Below, one piece after another: positions 37,539 to 46,756 of a stretch of 64,000 nt of DNA. Under the pieces are notes generated by a model, which was not told the DNA's origin, ran no database searches, and saw only the letters and a program-made list of their open reading frames with translations. The stretch spans positions 5,241-69,240 of the forward strand of contig CAZBEF010000007.1 of the NCBI GenBank assembly GCA_964490875.1, given 5' to 3'. Each line of letters opens with the position of its first letter. Position 1 is the first letter of the stretch. Both the position numbers and the translations under genes were made by a program. This DNA comes from an uncultured Gammaproteobacteria bacterium (GTDB taxonomy: Bacteria > Patescibacteriota > Microgenomatia > UBA1406 > GWC2-37-13).

Positions 37539-40175
37539 ATGAAAGGCTTAACAACTCAGGAAGCAGAAAATCTGCTGAAACAATTTGGCCATAATCTGTT
37601 GGAACCGCCGAAAAAACCCGGTTTTATCGCGGTATTTTTTGGTCAGTTCAATAATTTTTTGTCGATTCTGCTTCTTATTGCGGCAGTGCTGGCAATCGGC
37701 ATCGGCGAAGCAGTTGATGGCAGCCTTATTCTGGCGATCGTTTTTTTAAATGCGTTATTTGGCGTATATCAGGAAAAAAAGGCCGAAGCGGCGATCGAAG
37801 CACTTTCTCAAATGAGTGTCACCAAAGTACGGGTACTTCGGGATGGTGAAGAACACGAAATTGACAGCCGTGATATTGTACCCGGCGATATTATTTATCT
37901 AGAAGAGGGGAGCAAAGTGGCGGCCGATGCGAAACTGATCCATGCCGTGCAGCTTGAAATGAACGAATCCGCTTTAACCGGAGAATCGTTGCCGGTTAGT
38001 AAAAAAAACGGCGATGAGATTTACATGGGAACGGTGGTTACACGAGGCCGCACCCACGCACAGGTTATCAATACCGGCGCCAATACCAAGTTTGGAGAAA
38101 TCGCTAAAAATTTATCGACAATCAAAGAACCCAAAACCCCGCTTCAGAAAAAATTGGAGTCTCTTACGAAAGCGATCGGATTAATCGGTATTGCCGCATC
38201 AGTGATTGTTTTCTTTTTGTCACGCGGCGACGGCACCAACCTTTTTGAAGCCTTTCTTCTGGCAGTCTCACTTGCGGTGGCTGTTGTTCCCGAAGGTTTG
38301 CCGGCTGTCCTTACTCTCACTCTCGCGATTGGGGTAAAGGAAATGGCCAAACGAAAAGCAATCGTCCGTAAATTATCGGCCGTAGAAACATTCGGAAGCG
38401 TTACCTTAATCTGTACCGACAAAACCGGAACGCTTACTACAAATAAAATGCAGGTCAAGGAATTATTTGTGAATAATCAGTTAAAATCGGTTGAAATCGG
38501 TCAAAGTCAGTTGGATTCAGCAACTAAAGAATTATTACACTGCAGCATTCTCTGTTCGACAGCTTCATTGGTTCCGGTGCAGGCTTCTTCAAAAAATATA
38601 GAGAAATCATTTGATGTACTAGGCGATCCCACCGAAGGTGCGCCGCTTATTCTCGCTGAAAAAATGGATATGCATGTAGAAGCCGTACGATCACAGTGGG
38701 AAACTACCGATGAAATGCCCTTTGATTCGGTAACGAAACGGATGTGGGTAGCGGTTAGTCCGAAGTCCGAAGTCGAAAGTCCCAAGCAGATGGTCTATGC
38801 AAAGGGGGCGCCGGAAAGTATTCTTTCAATATCAAGTCAAATCATGATTCATAACAAAGTTGAACCATTAACGGACGAGCGAAAAAAAGAAATTGAAAAA
38901 ACTTTAGAAGAGTGGGGAAGAAAAGGGCTCCGTGTTTTGGCATTTGCATATAAACCAGAAAATAGTCCGAAGTCCCGCCTTCGTCAAGACTTCGGCGGGC
39001 AAGCCGAAGTCCGAAGTCGGAAGTCTATAGATGATTTAATTTTTCTAGGAATGGTTGCGATTCATGATGCGCCCCGCCCCGAGGTAAACGAGGCTATTCG
39101 CAAAGCTCATATGGCTGGTATTAGTGTAGTAATGATTACCGGAGATAATGAGATAACCGCTCAGGCAATCGGTTCCTATGTAGGATTGTTAAAAGAAGGC
39201 GATGAAATTCTCAATGGTTCACAAGTTGAAAAATATACGGACGAAGAACTTATGGAAAAACTTCCTAAAGTCCGGATATTCGCCAGAACTACACCGTTTC
39301 ATAAACAACGGATTGTAGCGCTGTATCAAAAACTCGGAGAAGTTGTCGCAGTAACAGGTGACGGCGTGAATGACTCGATTGCGCTTAAACAGGCGGATGT
39401 CGGACTCGCGATGGGCGTTATTGGTACCGATGTTGCCCGTGAAGCGGCAGACATCGTAATCGCCGACGATAATTTTGCGACAATCGTAAATGCCATAGAA
39501 GAAGGCCGCAATATTATTAAAAATGTCAAGAATTCTATTATCTATCTCTTATCATGTAATATTGCCGAAGCGATGTCTTTAATCGGCGGCCTTATGCTTG
39601 GCCTGCCGCCATTATTTCTGCCCATTCAGCTTTTATATATCAATCTGGTAACCGATGGTGTACCGGCGCTTGCTTTAGCTTACAGCCCTCATGAAGAACG
39701 CCTCATGAAACAAGGACCTAAAAAATCCATGACTCTTCTTGAAAAGCCCGATTTTATCCGCATATTTCTCCAGGGTTTTTTTGCAACGGTGTTTGTGTTT
39801 ATAGCTTATTATTTCTACCGATATCAGATGCATCTAGCCGATCAACCGCCGGACACATGGCATAATGTGGGGGCGACAGCCGCGTTTACCGTTCTTGCAC
39901 TAATACAGTCATTTATTTTTCTTGATACCTGGCTTGAACACCGCTGGTTTTTTAAACATATACCAAGGTTGAAGTCTAAAATTTTCTGGATTGCGTTTGT
40001 TATTCCATTTATCGCCCAAGCGGCTATTTTGTATATTCCATCGGCCGAATTGTTGTTTAAAGTTGTTCACCTGAATCCATTTGATTTTGTTATGCTTACC
40101 GGTTTTTCATCCTTCATTTTGGTATTTTTATCGTTCGTTCGGCTGAAACATTCCCATTTATCTTCAAAAGAATAA
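37539..40175 (+). CDS. P-type ATPase, type II (Ca2+-ATPase-like)
   Basis: ICTDKTGTLT, PEGLPAV (TM4), TGDN and GDGVNDS motifs. The N-terminus LTTQEAENLLKQFGHN is typical of Cation_ATPase_N. The start was moved to MKGL; the track start at 37458 overlaps the upstream gene and a repeat. Confidence 0.9.
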   Translation: MKGLTTQEAENLLKQFGHNLLEPPKKPGFIAVFFGQFNNFLSILLLIAAVLAIGIGEAVDGSLILAIVFLNALFGVYQEKKAEAAIEALSQMSVTKVRVLRDGEEHEIDSRDIVPGDIIYLEEGSKVAADAKLIHAVQLEMNESALTGESLPVSKKNGDEIYMGTVVTRGRTHAQVINTGANTKFGEIAKNLSTIKEPKTPLQKKLESLTKAIGLIGIAASVIVFFLSRGDGTNLFEAFLLAVSLAVAVVPEGLPAVLTLTLAIGVKEMAKRKAIVRKLSAVETFGSVTLICTDKTGTLTTNKMQVKELFVNNQLKSVEIGQSQLDSATKELLHCSILCSTASLVPVQASSKNIEKSFDVLGDPTEGAPLILAEKMDMHVEAVRSQWETTDEMPFDSVTKRMWVAVSPKSEVESPKQMVYAKGAPESILSISSQIMIHNKVEPLTDERKKEIEKTLEEWGRKGLRVLAFAYKPENSPKSRLRQDFGGQAEVRSRKSIDDLIFLGMVAIHDAPRPEVNEAIRKAHMAGISVVMITGDNEITAQAIGSYVGLLKEGDEILNGSQVEKYTDEELMEKLPKVRIFARTTPFHKQRIVALYQKLGEVVAVTGDGVNDSIALKQADVGLAMGVIGTDVAREAADIVIADDNFATIVNAIEEGRNIIKNVKNSIIYLLSCNIAEAMSLIGGLMLGLPPLFLPIQLLYINLVTDGVPALALAYSPHEERLMKQGPKKSMTLLEKPDFIRIFLQGFFATVFVFIAYYFYRYQMHLADQPPDTWHNVGATAAFTVLALIQSFIFLDTWLEHRWFFKHIPRLKSKIFWIAFVIPFIAQAAILYIPSAELLFKVVHLNPFDFVMLTGFSSFILVFLSFVRLKHSHLSSKE
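38757..38783 (+). repeat. (AGTCCGA)n heptamer array in-frame in the P-type ATPase
   Basis: agtccga agtccga agtcgaa agtccc encodes SPKSEVESPK. Confidence 0.85.
38964..39025 (+). repeat. heptamer array plus GC hairpin element in-frame in the P-type ATPase
   Basis: agtccga agtCCCGCCttcgtcaagacttcGGCGGGcaagccga agtccga agtcgga agtc encodes SPKSRLRQDFGGQAEVRSRKS, just before the HDAPRPE (DPPR-type) motif. Confidence 0.85.
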
Positions 40176-40382
40176 TTTTTTCAGTCCGGTAGATTCTGTC
40201 AATCGCTCTATTATATATTACATCGCTTGATACCCGTTTTTCGGGGCACCGACACCCTAGTCAGGAGGGGCACCCTCGGTGACACCCTCAAAACGGATAT
40301 CTGCGCTCCTGTTTGCCCCGCGAAGTTTCAACGAAGTGGGGCCACCTGCCAGACTAGAATTAAAAGATGCTTATAGATCTGA

Positions 40383-40388
40383 TATAAT
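40383..40388 (+). promoter_or_regulatory. -10 box TATAAT, 6 nt upstream of ATG 40395
   Basis: gaTATAATcataaaATG, with TTAAAA 17 nt upstream. Confidence 0.5.
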
Positions 40389-40394
40389 CATAAA

Positions 40395-41234
40395 ATGAAA
40401 CAGAAGGAATCGATTTTTTTAAGGCAGTATCTTCCCCTTATTCTTACGTTCGTGATTTTTATACTCTTGTCAATAGTTTTATACCTAGAAATTATCGCGC
40501 TGAATAAATTCTCCCGCGAAGACATTCTCACACAAATACACTGGGGCGATATTATTGTGGGAACTACCATCTATTTAAAAACATCAGTAGATTTTGCAAT
40601 TTTCATCGGCAATCTCATGTCTGTCTACCCAGGATGGAAGAACAGGGTTGCAATTGAGATCGGCACCGCGGTGGGGAATGCGGTCGGCACCATGGCTGTT
40701 TTGGCAATCTGGAGCTTTTTTAAAGAGGTAGAATGGCTTTTGGCAATCATGATCTTTATTGCCGCGCTGGTTCTTCTCCGTTTAGCGCAGGACGGTGTAG
40801 AACATGCCAAAGAAGATCTGCATCATGCTGGCGGAATACTGGGTAAAGCCGTCGATATTCTTGAGAGAATATTGGTTGCTATAAATAAACTAGTAAATCC
40901 GATCTTAAAGTACATTATTCCGCATACTTCGATGAAAGCTTCCGGCAAAAAAACTTTGTTTGGAGTGTTTTTAATGTCATTTACGATACCTTTTATTCTC
41001 GGTCTCGATGATTTCGCCGGATATGTGCCGCTGTTTAACATAGTTAATGTGTTCGGTTTCTCCATCGGAGTTTTGGCCGGGCATATGATTTTAAATGCAT
41101 TTTTGTTTGTTTCTCCAAACAAAACTATTGCGATCGTTAAGAATTCGATAGTTTCATTTTTGGGAAGTCTGGCGTTTATTGCGCTTGCGATCTGGGGATT
41201 CTGGGAAGTTTATAAGCTGCTTTTTCTTCATTAA
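40395..41234 (+). CDS. multi-pass membrane protein, possible CadD/LysE-like transporter
   Basis: 279 aa with about 7 hydrophobic segments. The paired motifs TSVDFAIFIGN and GLDDFAGYVPLF resemble the two half-motifs of the CadD family. TATAAT-N6-ATG. Confidence 0.55.
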   Translation: MKQKESIFLRQYLPLILTFVIFILLSIVLYLEIIALNKFSREDILTQIHWGDIIVGTTIYLKTSVDFAIFIGNLMSVYPGWKNRVAIEIGTAVGNAVGTMAVLAIWSFFKEVEWLLAIMIFIAALVLLRLAQDGVEHAKEDLHHAGGILGKAVDILERILVAINKLVNPILKYIIPHTSMKASGKKTLFGVFLMSFTIPFILGLDDFAGYVPLFNIVNVFGFSIGVLAGHMILNAFLFVSPNKTIAIVKNSIVSFLGSLAFIALAIWGFWEVYKLLFLH

Positions 41235-41304
41235 TAATCGACCTTAGTCATAAAATATCAGATGGTGTATAATAACTATAGGATTTTAATGGTTATCTTC
41301 TACT

Positions 41305-42654
41305 ATGGAAAGGGAACAGCCAAATAAAAAAATTGAAAGTGGCAATGAAGAAGGATATCAATTATTAGGTGTCATAAATCAGACTGCTCATGAATTTCAA
41401 GAAATTCTTTATAACAGGGGGATTTTTAGCAGACGCGAGGCATTATTAGCATTACATAATCAAACTATTGGTGGCCGGCGATCTTTACAATTTCTGACTC
41501 CACATCCTGAACAGTTATTTCCTTTTGATGAAGCCGTACATGTTACTGCTGGAAGAGCAGTTGTGCGACTGTTTGGTTGCGGTTCTCTTATTCCTGGCCA
41601 ATACCTTCAATCCTATGATACTGAATTAAGTGTGCGGTATGAACTACGGCGACAGTTCTGGGAAATGATTCCGGATCCTGGATATAGATCTACTCTTCAG
41701 GCAGTGTGGTTCAACTCTACAGATACCAATTATAATGCCGATGTAGTGCGAGTTCTTGGTGCGCTGCATACTCCTGAAAGAGTTAAAAAAGCAAGATTTG
41801 AATGTATGGATTGTGTAAATTATATCGCAGAACTAGCTCAACAAGGAGGAGTAACAGAAGCAAATTTAGACTTACTAAAGCAAAAAATATTTGATGCTAC
41901 CGGTTTTATGTTTTCGTTTCTTTCGACAACCATTGATACATTAGGTTCGATGGAGCCGAAACAACTTCAACGTATAGCCGGGATACTTAAGACACGTTTG
42001 GAACAGGCAAAGGATCCGATATATGCGCCGTGGATGGAGTACTCTCCAGATCAGGATTTCGGTATTGCAAAAGTGTCGGTGAACTTACAAAAATTATTTA
42101 AGTCATATCAGCAGCAGTCAGCTGGAAATATAAAGAGAGGGCAGGGTAAGGGTACACATCATCCGGGATTCTTTCCGACTATTCCTTCAGACCGGCCGCC
42201 CTTTATCATTCCTGTTCCAGGGGTTCCCCTTGATTGTATCAACAGTATTGTCTGTAATGAAGCATTGTATAGATTTTTTCATACGAGCAAAACGTTCAAA
42301 GATAATCCACTTATTGACATCATACAAGAAGGAATTACTGGTAGTGAAAACCCGGAAGATCTCACCGGACTTAATAAAGAGCATCCAAGCTGTGCTAAAT
42401 ACTACGATGATCCGGCAGCAATACAATTATTTTGGAGAGAACAGATGTTAGCCGGTAATCTGGCGCCTTTAGTCTATCAGGATCCAGAACGTGATCTACG
42501 GTTATTGAAGTATTATTCTGATATTTTTGGATTAACACTTCCTGCTGGTCTGATGAATGGAGTGCTGTTTCCAAAGGGAAACAATAAAATTCGTAATGAA
42601 CTCCGAAGAGCTCTTGATGTCAGACCAGTTCCTATACCAGGTTACAACCAGTGA
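41305..42654 (+). CDS. hypothetical protein (449 aa)
   Basis: Long ORF with a TATAAT about 32 nt upstream. No domain recognised. Confidence 0.65.
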   Translation: MEREQPNKKIESGNEEGYQLLGVINQTAHEFQEILYNRGIFSRREALLALHNQTIGGRRSLQFLTPHPEQLFPFDEAVHVTAGRAVVRLFGCGSLIPGQYLQSYDTELSVRYELRRQFWEMIPDPGYRSTLQAVWFNSTDTNYNADVVRVLGALHTPERVKKARFECMDCVNYIAELAQQGGVTEANLDLLKQKIFDATGFMFSFLSTTIDTLGSMEPKQLQRIAGILKTRLEQAKDPIYAPWMEYSPDQDFGIAKVSVNLQKLFKSYQQQSAGNIKRGQGKGTHHPGFFPTIPSDRPPFIIPVPGVPLDCINSIVCNEALYRFFHTSKTFKDNPLIDIIQEGITGSENPEDLTGLNKEHPSCAKYYDDPAAIQLFWREQMLAGNLAPLVYQDPERDLRLLKYYSDIFGLTLPAGLMNGVLFPKGNNKIRNELRRALDVRPVPIPGYNQ

Positions 42655-42695
42655 TAATTGAATTAATATAACTCCAAGGTTGATGAATGAAACCA

Positions 42696-44621
42696 TTACA
42701 AACGTGACTTTACTGCTTTTACGATTGCGGCAGAATCAATTCCTTCATACTCCATAAGCTCTGCTGGTGAACCGGAATGCGGAATAGCCTGGGCACATAA
42801 ATGGCTGACAGCAACCGGCTTTGATATTTCTTTCGCGAAGGTAGACAAAACATTCTTTACTGCTTCACCAATTCCGCCGGCCGGATAATGATCTTCGACA
42901 ATAATCACGTGTCCGGATTTTTTAGCCTGAGCAATAATAGTTTTTTCATCAATTGGTTTTACGGAGTACAGATCTACAACCGCAACCTTAATATTTTTCT
43001 GTGATAGTTCGTTATATGCTTTTAAGGCTTCATGAACTGTTATTCCAGCTGCAAAAATCACTGCGGAGTCTGTCGAACTTTCATACAGAACTTTGGATCC
43101 GCCAATCTGAAATGTATATTCCGGTTTATATAATGACTGTGTTTTTTCACGCGTAAGGCGAAGATAGACAATTCCTTCATGATTAAATGCTTGTTCTGTT
43201 AATTTTAATGTTGAAATTGGATCGGACGGATATAATACAACTGATTCCAGAATACTCCGCATCATTGAAATATCTTCCAATGCCATCTGCGAAGATCCAT
43301 CATAGCCGATCGAAACTCCGGCATGAGAACCGACAACTTTAATATTTGATTCGCTGTACTGTGCCATGCGGATTTGGTCAAACGCTCGTGTCAAAAATGC
43401 CGCAAAGCTTGACAAATAGGGAATGAAGCCTACCCGGGCCAGGCCGCAAGCAACACCAACCATATTCTGTTCGGCGATAAACATTTCAAAATAACGGTCG
43501 TGAAATTTCTTCGCGAATTTATCAGCATATGTAGAGTTAGAAGTCTCAGCATCGAGCACAACCAGGTTCGGATATTTTTCGCCCATCATAACTAATGCAT
43601 CGCCATACGCTTCGCGAGTAGCCGCTGGTTTGTCATAACTTATAGCTGATGGCTGATCGCTCATAGCTTGCAGATTTCGGACTTCGGACTTGCGACTTTC
43701 AACTAATTTCTCTGGTTTTTGAATTTCTGGTTTAATAGTTTTATTGACCTCGCCTAGTTCCCGAAGAGCCTGGTCCAGCATGTCTTTTGGCACCGGCTTG
43801 CCATGCCAGTCATCTTTGTTTTCAAGAAATGAAATTCCTTTTCCTTTCATGGTTTTGGCAATAATCATGGTCGGCTTTGTTCTATCAAGAGCCATATCAT
43901 TTGCTGCGCCGTAGATATTGGCATATGCCTGGCGGATTTTTTCTATCTCATGGCCGTCCCACAGAGTAATAACATTCCATCCAAAAGCTTTCACACGGTT
44001 TTCGTACGTCTGTAAATCCCAGGCGAGCATGGTTTCACCGCGCTGGCCCAAACGGTTCACATCCAAAATTCCCACCAGATTACTTGCTTTGTAATGTCCT
44101 GCAATCTCAAGCGCCTCATAAATTTGGCCTTCGGCAAATTCAGAATCACCAAGAAGAACAAATGTTTTTGGTAGGGATTGCTTCGTCGTTCCTCCTCGCA
44201 ATGACGTATCGTTTAATTTTAAATTCACCCCTAATGCAATTCCCAATCCGATAGAAAGCCCCTGGCCAAGCGAGCCGGTGGCTGCTTCGGTATATTTGAA
44301 TTTTGGCGTTGGATGGCCTTCTAAATTGGAATCAAATTTGCGAAGAGTCATCAGTTCATCATAAGAAATTGCTCCTGCAACTTGATAGAGCGAATAGAAG
44401 AGGGGAGACGCATGGCCTTTTGAGAAAATAATACGGTCGTTGAGAATATTGTCTGGATTCTCAAAATCATATCGGTAATATCCGCCATACATAAGTGTCG
44501 CCATCAGTTCTACTGCAGAAAGGGAAGAAGTCGGGTGCCCCGATCCTGCCGCTGTGGAAGATGTGAGAATGTCATAGCGGAGAAGTTTACTAAATTCCTG
44601 AAGTTCTTTGGTAGTTATCAT
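42696..44621 (-). CDS. tkt: transketolase (fused N- and C-terminal halves)
   Basis: GHPTSSLS, GSLGQGL, LLGDSEFAEGQ and C-terminal pyrimidine-binding/transketolase-C-like regions. The start at MITTKEL is supported by TTGACG-N17-TACCAT-N7-ATG. The track TTG start lies inside the -35 box. Confidence 0.9.
   Translation of the reverse strand: MITTKELQEFSKLLRYDILTSSTAAGSGHPTSSLSAVELMATLMYGGYYRYDFENPDNILNDRIIFSKGHASPLFYSLYQVAGAISYDELMTLRKFDSNLEGHPTPKFKYTEAATGSLGQGLSIGLGIALGVNLKLNDTSLRGGTTKQSLPKTFVLLGDSEFAEGQIYEALEIAGHYKASNLVGILDVNRLGQRGETMLAWDLQTYENRVKAFGWNVITLWDGHEIEKIRQAYANIYGAANDMALDRTKPTMIIAKTMKGKGISFLENKDDWHGKPVPKDMLDQALRELGEVNKTIKPEIQKPEKLVESRKSEVRNLQAMSDQPSAISYDKPAATREAYGDALVMMGEKYPNLVVLDAETSNSTYADKFAKKFHDRYFEMFIAEQNMVGVACGLARVGFIPYLSSFAAFLTRAFDQIRMAQYSESNIKVVGSHAGVSIGYDGSSQMALEDISMMRSILESVVLYPSDPISTLKLTEQAFNHEGIVYLRLTREKTQSLYKPEYTFQIGGSKVLYESSTDSAVIFAAGITVHEALKAYNELSQKNIKVAVVDLYSVKPIDEKTIIAQAKKSGHVIIVEDHYPAGGIGEAVKNVLSTFAKEISKPVAVSHLCAQAIPHSGSPAELMEYEGIDSAAIVKAVKSRL
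43676..43700 (-). repeat. (AGTCCGA)n heptamer array in-frame in tkt
   Basis: The reverse complement agtcgca agtccga agtccga encodes SRKSEVRN in the inter-domain linker. Confidence 0.8.
44175..44206. mobile_element. solo family B-type arm (ggattgcttcgtcgttcctcctcgcaatgacg) in-frame in tkt
   Basis: The reverse complement cgtcattgcgaggaggaacgacgaagcaatcc has the cgtca + hairpin arm layout. It encodes TSLRGGTTKQSL within transketolase. Confidence 0.55.
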
Positions 44622-44628
44622 ACCCTCT

Positions 44629-44657
44629 ATGGTACACCGTTTGATATGAAACGTCAA
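44629..44657 (-). promoter_or_regulatory. tkt promoter TTGACG-N17-TACCAT, 7 nt upstream of ATG 44621
   Basis: Minus strand: TTGACGtttcatatcaaacggtgTACCATagagggtATG. Confidence 0.5.
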
Positions 44658-44726
44658 CCACCTCCAGCTTACATTATATTAACAGATTTTTTATAGTATT
44701 TAAAAAATTAAATAATATAGTTGGGT

Positions 44727-45020
44727 ATGACAGAAATTGAACAAAAAAAATTACAGTTTGAGCCTCCCCCTGCAGATATATGGACGGGAATGCAAGAGAT
44801 TGCAGTTGCCAAACTTCTTATGGCATTCTATACAGCCGATCAACTTCCTCATCATACGTTGCTCTATACAGACTATAATTCAACAATGCTGAATTATTCT
44901 CCCCGAGAATTAGAAGCTGGTACACTCTGTGTACGATCTAAAAAACCAACAGACGTTGAATTATGGGAAGTAACAGATGCCGATGGAGTTCCTGCGTGGA
45001 TTGAGCGGGGGAAAGCATAA
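44727..45020 (+). CDS. hypothetical protein (97 aa)
   Basis: ORF with ATG at 44727 and TAATAT 8 nt upstream. Confidence 0.5.
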   Translation: MTEIEQKKLQFEPPPADIWTGMQEIAVAKLLMAFYTADQLPHHTLLYTDYNSTMLNYSPRELEAGTLCVRSKKPTDVELWEVTDADGVPAWIERGKA

Positions 45021-45059
45021 AGAATATTCATATTTAAGCTGCTCCAAAGGGATATTTGA

Positions 45060-45065
45060 TATAAT
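45060..45065 (+). promoter_or_regulatory. -10 box TATAAT, 5 nt upstream of ATG 45071
   Basis: gaTATAATttcggATG. Confidence 0.5.
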
Positions 45066-45070
45066 TTCGG

Positions 45071-45811
45071 ATGGAAAGAAAAACGGAAGTGGTGATGCCA
45101 GATAAGGCAGGTGCAGCAAAAGATAGTTGGCTTAATGCAGAAATAGTAGGAAATGGCTTATGGCCTCAGCATTTCGAAGCGATAGCTTTTGAAATGGCCC
45201 ATGCGCTTCTTCAAGATAAACCTCCTGAAATACGCAGGTTTAATAACAGTGTCTTATCTCCTAAACAAATGGCAAAATTACTTAAGTCATCGTCGGGAAT
45301 GCATTCTTCACATCATATTGAAGTTTCAAATGAAAACCCTTTAATTTCTTTTGAAGATAGATTGAGATATTTATGGTCTCAAACTACAACACATACGTTA
45401 ATAGTGCTGGCAAATTATGCACTTTTTATTGCGGAAGGAAGGAATCGTTCATTAATCCGTGTTGATATTCCGGATTTTTTAACTGCTTTGTTTGCTGATA
45501 TGGATAGATCTGTAGGCGCATTAGGGGCAAAACCTTTTTTTAATGAAGTTCACCAAGTTTATCATTCGCCTCATGCATTGGAATTATCCGGAAAGTATAA
45601 AGATAATTATAAGAATTTTTCAGAATGTCCTCCTGCAGAAAAAAATAGAATTAGAGAAGAAAATAGAGTGTTGCGCCACCAGATGGCTTTAGTTCTGACA
45701 GATCATTTTGTTCAACGAGGATATAAAGAACATCTGATGCAGAACTTTGTTAGGGCTTCATTTATGGATTTGGATCCTAAACTACTGCAAGAATTAAAAC
45801 CTAAATTATAA
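45071..45811 (+). CDS. hypothetical protein, paralogue A of a tandem pair
   Basis: 246 aa. The N-terminus VVMPDKAGAAKDSWLNAEIVGNGLWPQ..EAIAFEMAH matches the next gene. TATAAT-N5-ATG. Confidence 0.7.
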   Translation: MERKTEVVMPDKAGAAKDSWLNAEIVGNGLWPQHFEAIAFEMAHALLQDKPPEIRRFNNSVLSPKQMAKLLKSSSGMHSSHHIEVSNENPLISFEDRLRYLWSQTTTHTLIVLANYALFIAEGRNRSLIRVDIPDFLTALFADMDRSVGALGAKPFFNEVHQVYHSPHALELSGKYKDNYKNFSECPPAEKNRIREENRVLRHQMALVLTDHFVQRGYKEHLMQNFVRASFMDLDPKLLQELKPKL

Positions 45812-45852
45812 ACCCGTCTATACCTGTGTTTATATTGTTAGCACAGGCTATT

Positions 45853-45861
45853 TGGTATAAT
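45853..45861 (+). promoter_or_regulatory. extended -10 TGgTATAAT, 5 nt upstream of ATG 45867
   Basis: tTGgTATAATtttggATG. Confidence 0.55.
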
Positions 45862-45866
45862 TTTGG

Positions 45867-46640
45867 ATGGAAATAAAAAAGGGAGTTGTGATACCAGATA
45901 ATGGAGGTCTAGTAAAAAATAACTGGCTTAATGCAGAAATAGTAGGAAATGGCTTATGGCCACAAAGTGAAGAAGCAATTGGAATTGAAGTAGCACACAG
46001 TGTGGTAAGCGGAGGTCTTGATGATATTAGAGCATTCCAAGATTCTGTTTTAAACAGCGCGCAACTTGCCCGCTGGAAACAAGCATTAAATACCATGCAT
46101 AAGAGTTATGGAGTAGATATTCAAACAGACTTTGTATACCCTCATTTCACAATTAATGATGACCATTTCCGTGAAATGTGGGCACAACTTCGCAAAGATA
46201 CTTTAAATACGATTGCAATGTATATTCGGCTTTCTGCTCCGCACCTGGTTGAATTTCCTCCTTACAATAAAGATGATATGAAAGTAATTACAAGTTATTT
46301 AGATCCACAAGCAGGTTCTGATAATTTGATTCAGTTACAAAATTTTTTTAAAACTTTACAAAGTGGACTTCATACAGCAGAAGCAAAAAAACTCGCCCGC
46401 AAATTTAAAGAAAATTTCAGAAATTATTCTGGATTAAATGGGATAGAAAAGTATCAACGTGAAGTGCAAAATTCTCGGCTTCGGCATAGCATGGCAAATA
46501 GGTTAATCTACCATGGGGTTGCCGCAGGGTATAGGCAAGAATTTGTAGAAAATTATTTGTTTCAAACTTTCGAGGGAATTGATCCAGATGTAATAAAATT
46601 GGTTGCGACTTTACCGGAAGATGCTATTTTATCTCCTTAA
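45867..46640 (+). CDS. hypothetical protein, paralogue B of a tandem pair
   Basis: 257 aa with VVIPDNGGLVKNNWLNAEIVGNGLWPQ..EAIGIEVAH. Extended -10 TGgTATAAT-N5-ATG. Confidence 0.7.
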   Translation: MEIKKGVVIPDNGGLVKNNWLNAEIVGNGLWPQSEEAIGIEVAHSVVSGGLDDIRAFQDSVLNSAQLARWKQALNTMHKSYGVDIQTDFVYPHFTINDDHFREMWAQLRKDTLNTIAMYIRLSAPHLVEFPPYNKDDMKVITSYLDPQAGSDNLIQLQNFFKTLQSGLHTAEAKKLARKFKENFRNYSGLNGIEKYQREVQNSRLRHSMANRLIYHGVAAGYRQEFVENYLFQTFEGIDPDVIKLVATLPEDAILSP

Positions 46641-46756
46641 TTATTTCGCCACCTGACGCCTTTTTACAGATTCCAGAAATAATTATAGAATATTAAGCCA
46701 CTACTCAGAGAAGATAGGCTATCTCATATAGAGACGTTTTAGGTAATTAAATCAGC

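Noticed and set aside
40225-40350. Known riboswitch classes (Mn2+ yybP-ykoY, preQ1-I, fluoride) upstream of the transporter gene
   Set aside because: By eye I could not match the conserved cores of these classes. The downstream gene appears to have its own promoter immediately before the ATG. The region is left as an unexplained structured island.
34579-44657. Longest-ORF starts from the track for GT-C (34579), the ATPase (37458), tkt (44657) and others (10119, 34482, 58212, 59831)
   Set aside because: The extended N-termini lie in repeat arms, overlap upstream genes or -35/-10 boxes, or use TTG/GTG codons upstream of a better-supported start. The downstream starts fit the conserved protein N-termini and the TATAAT-N5-8 pattern.
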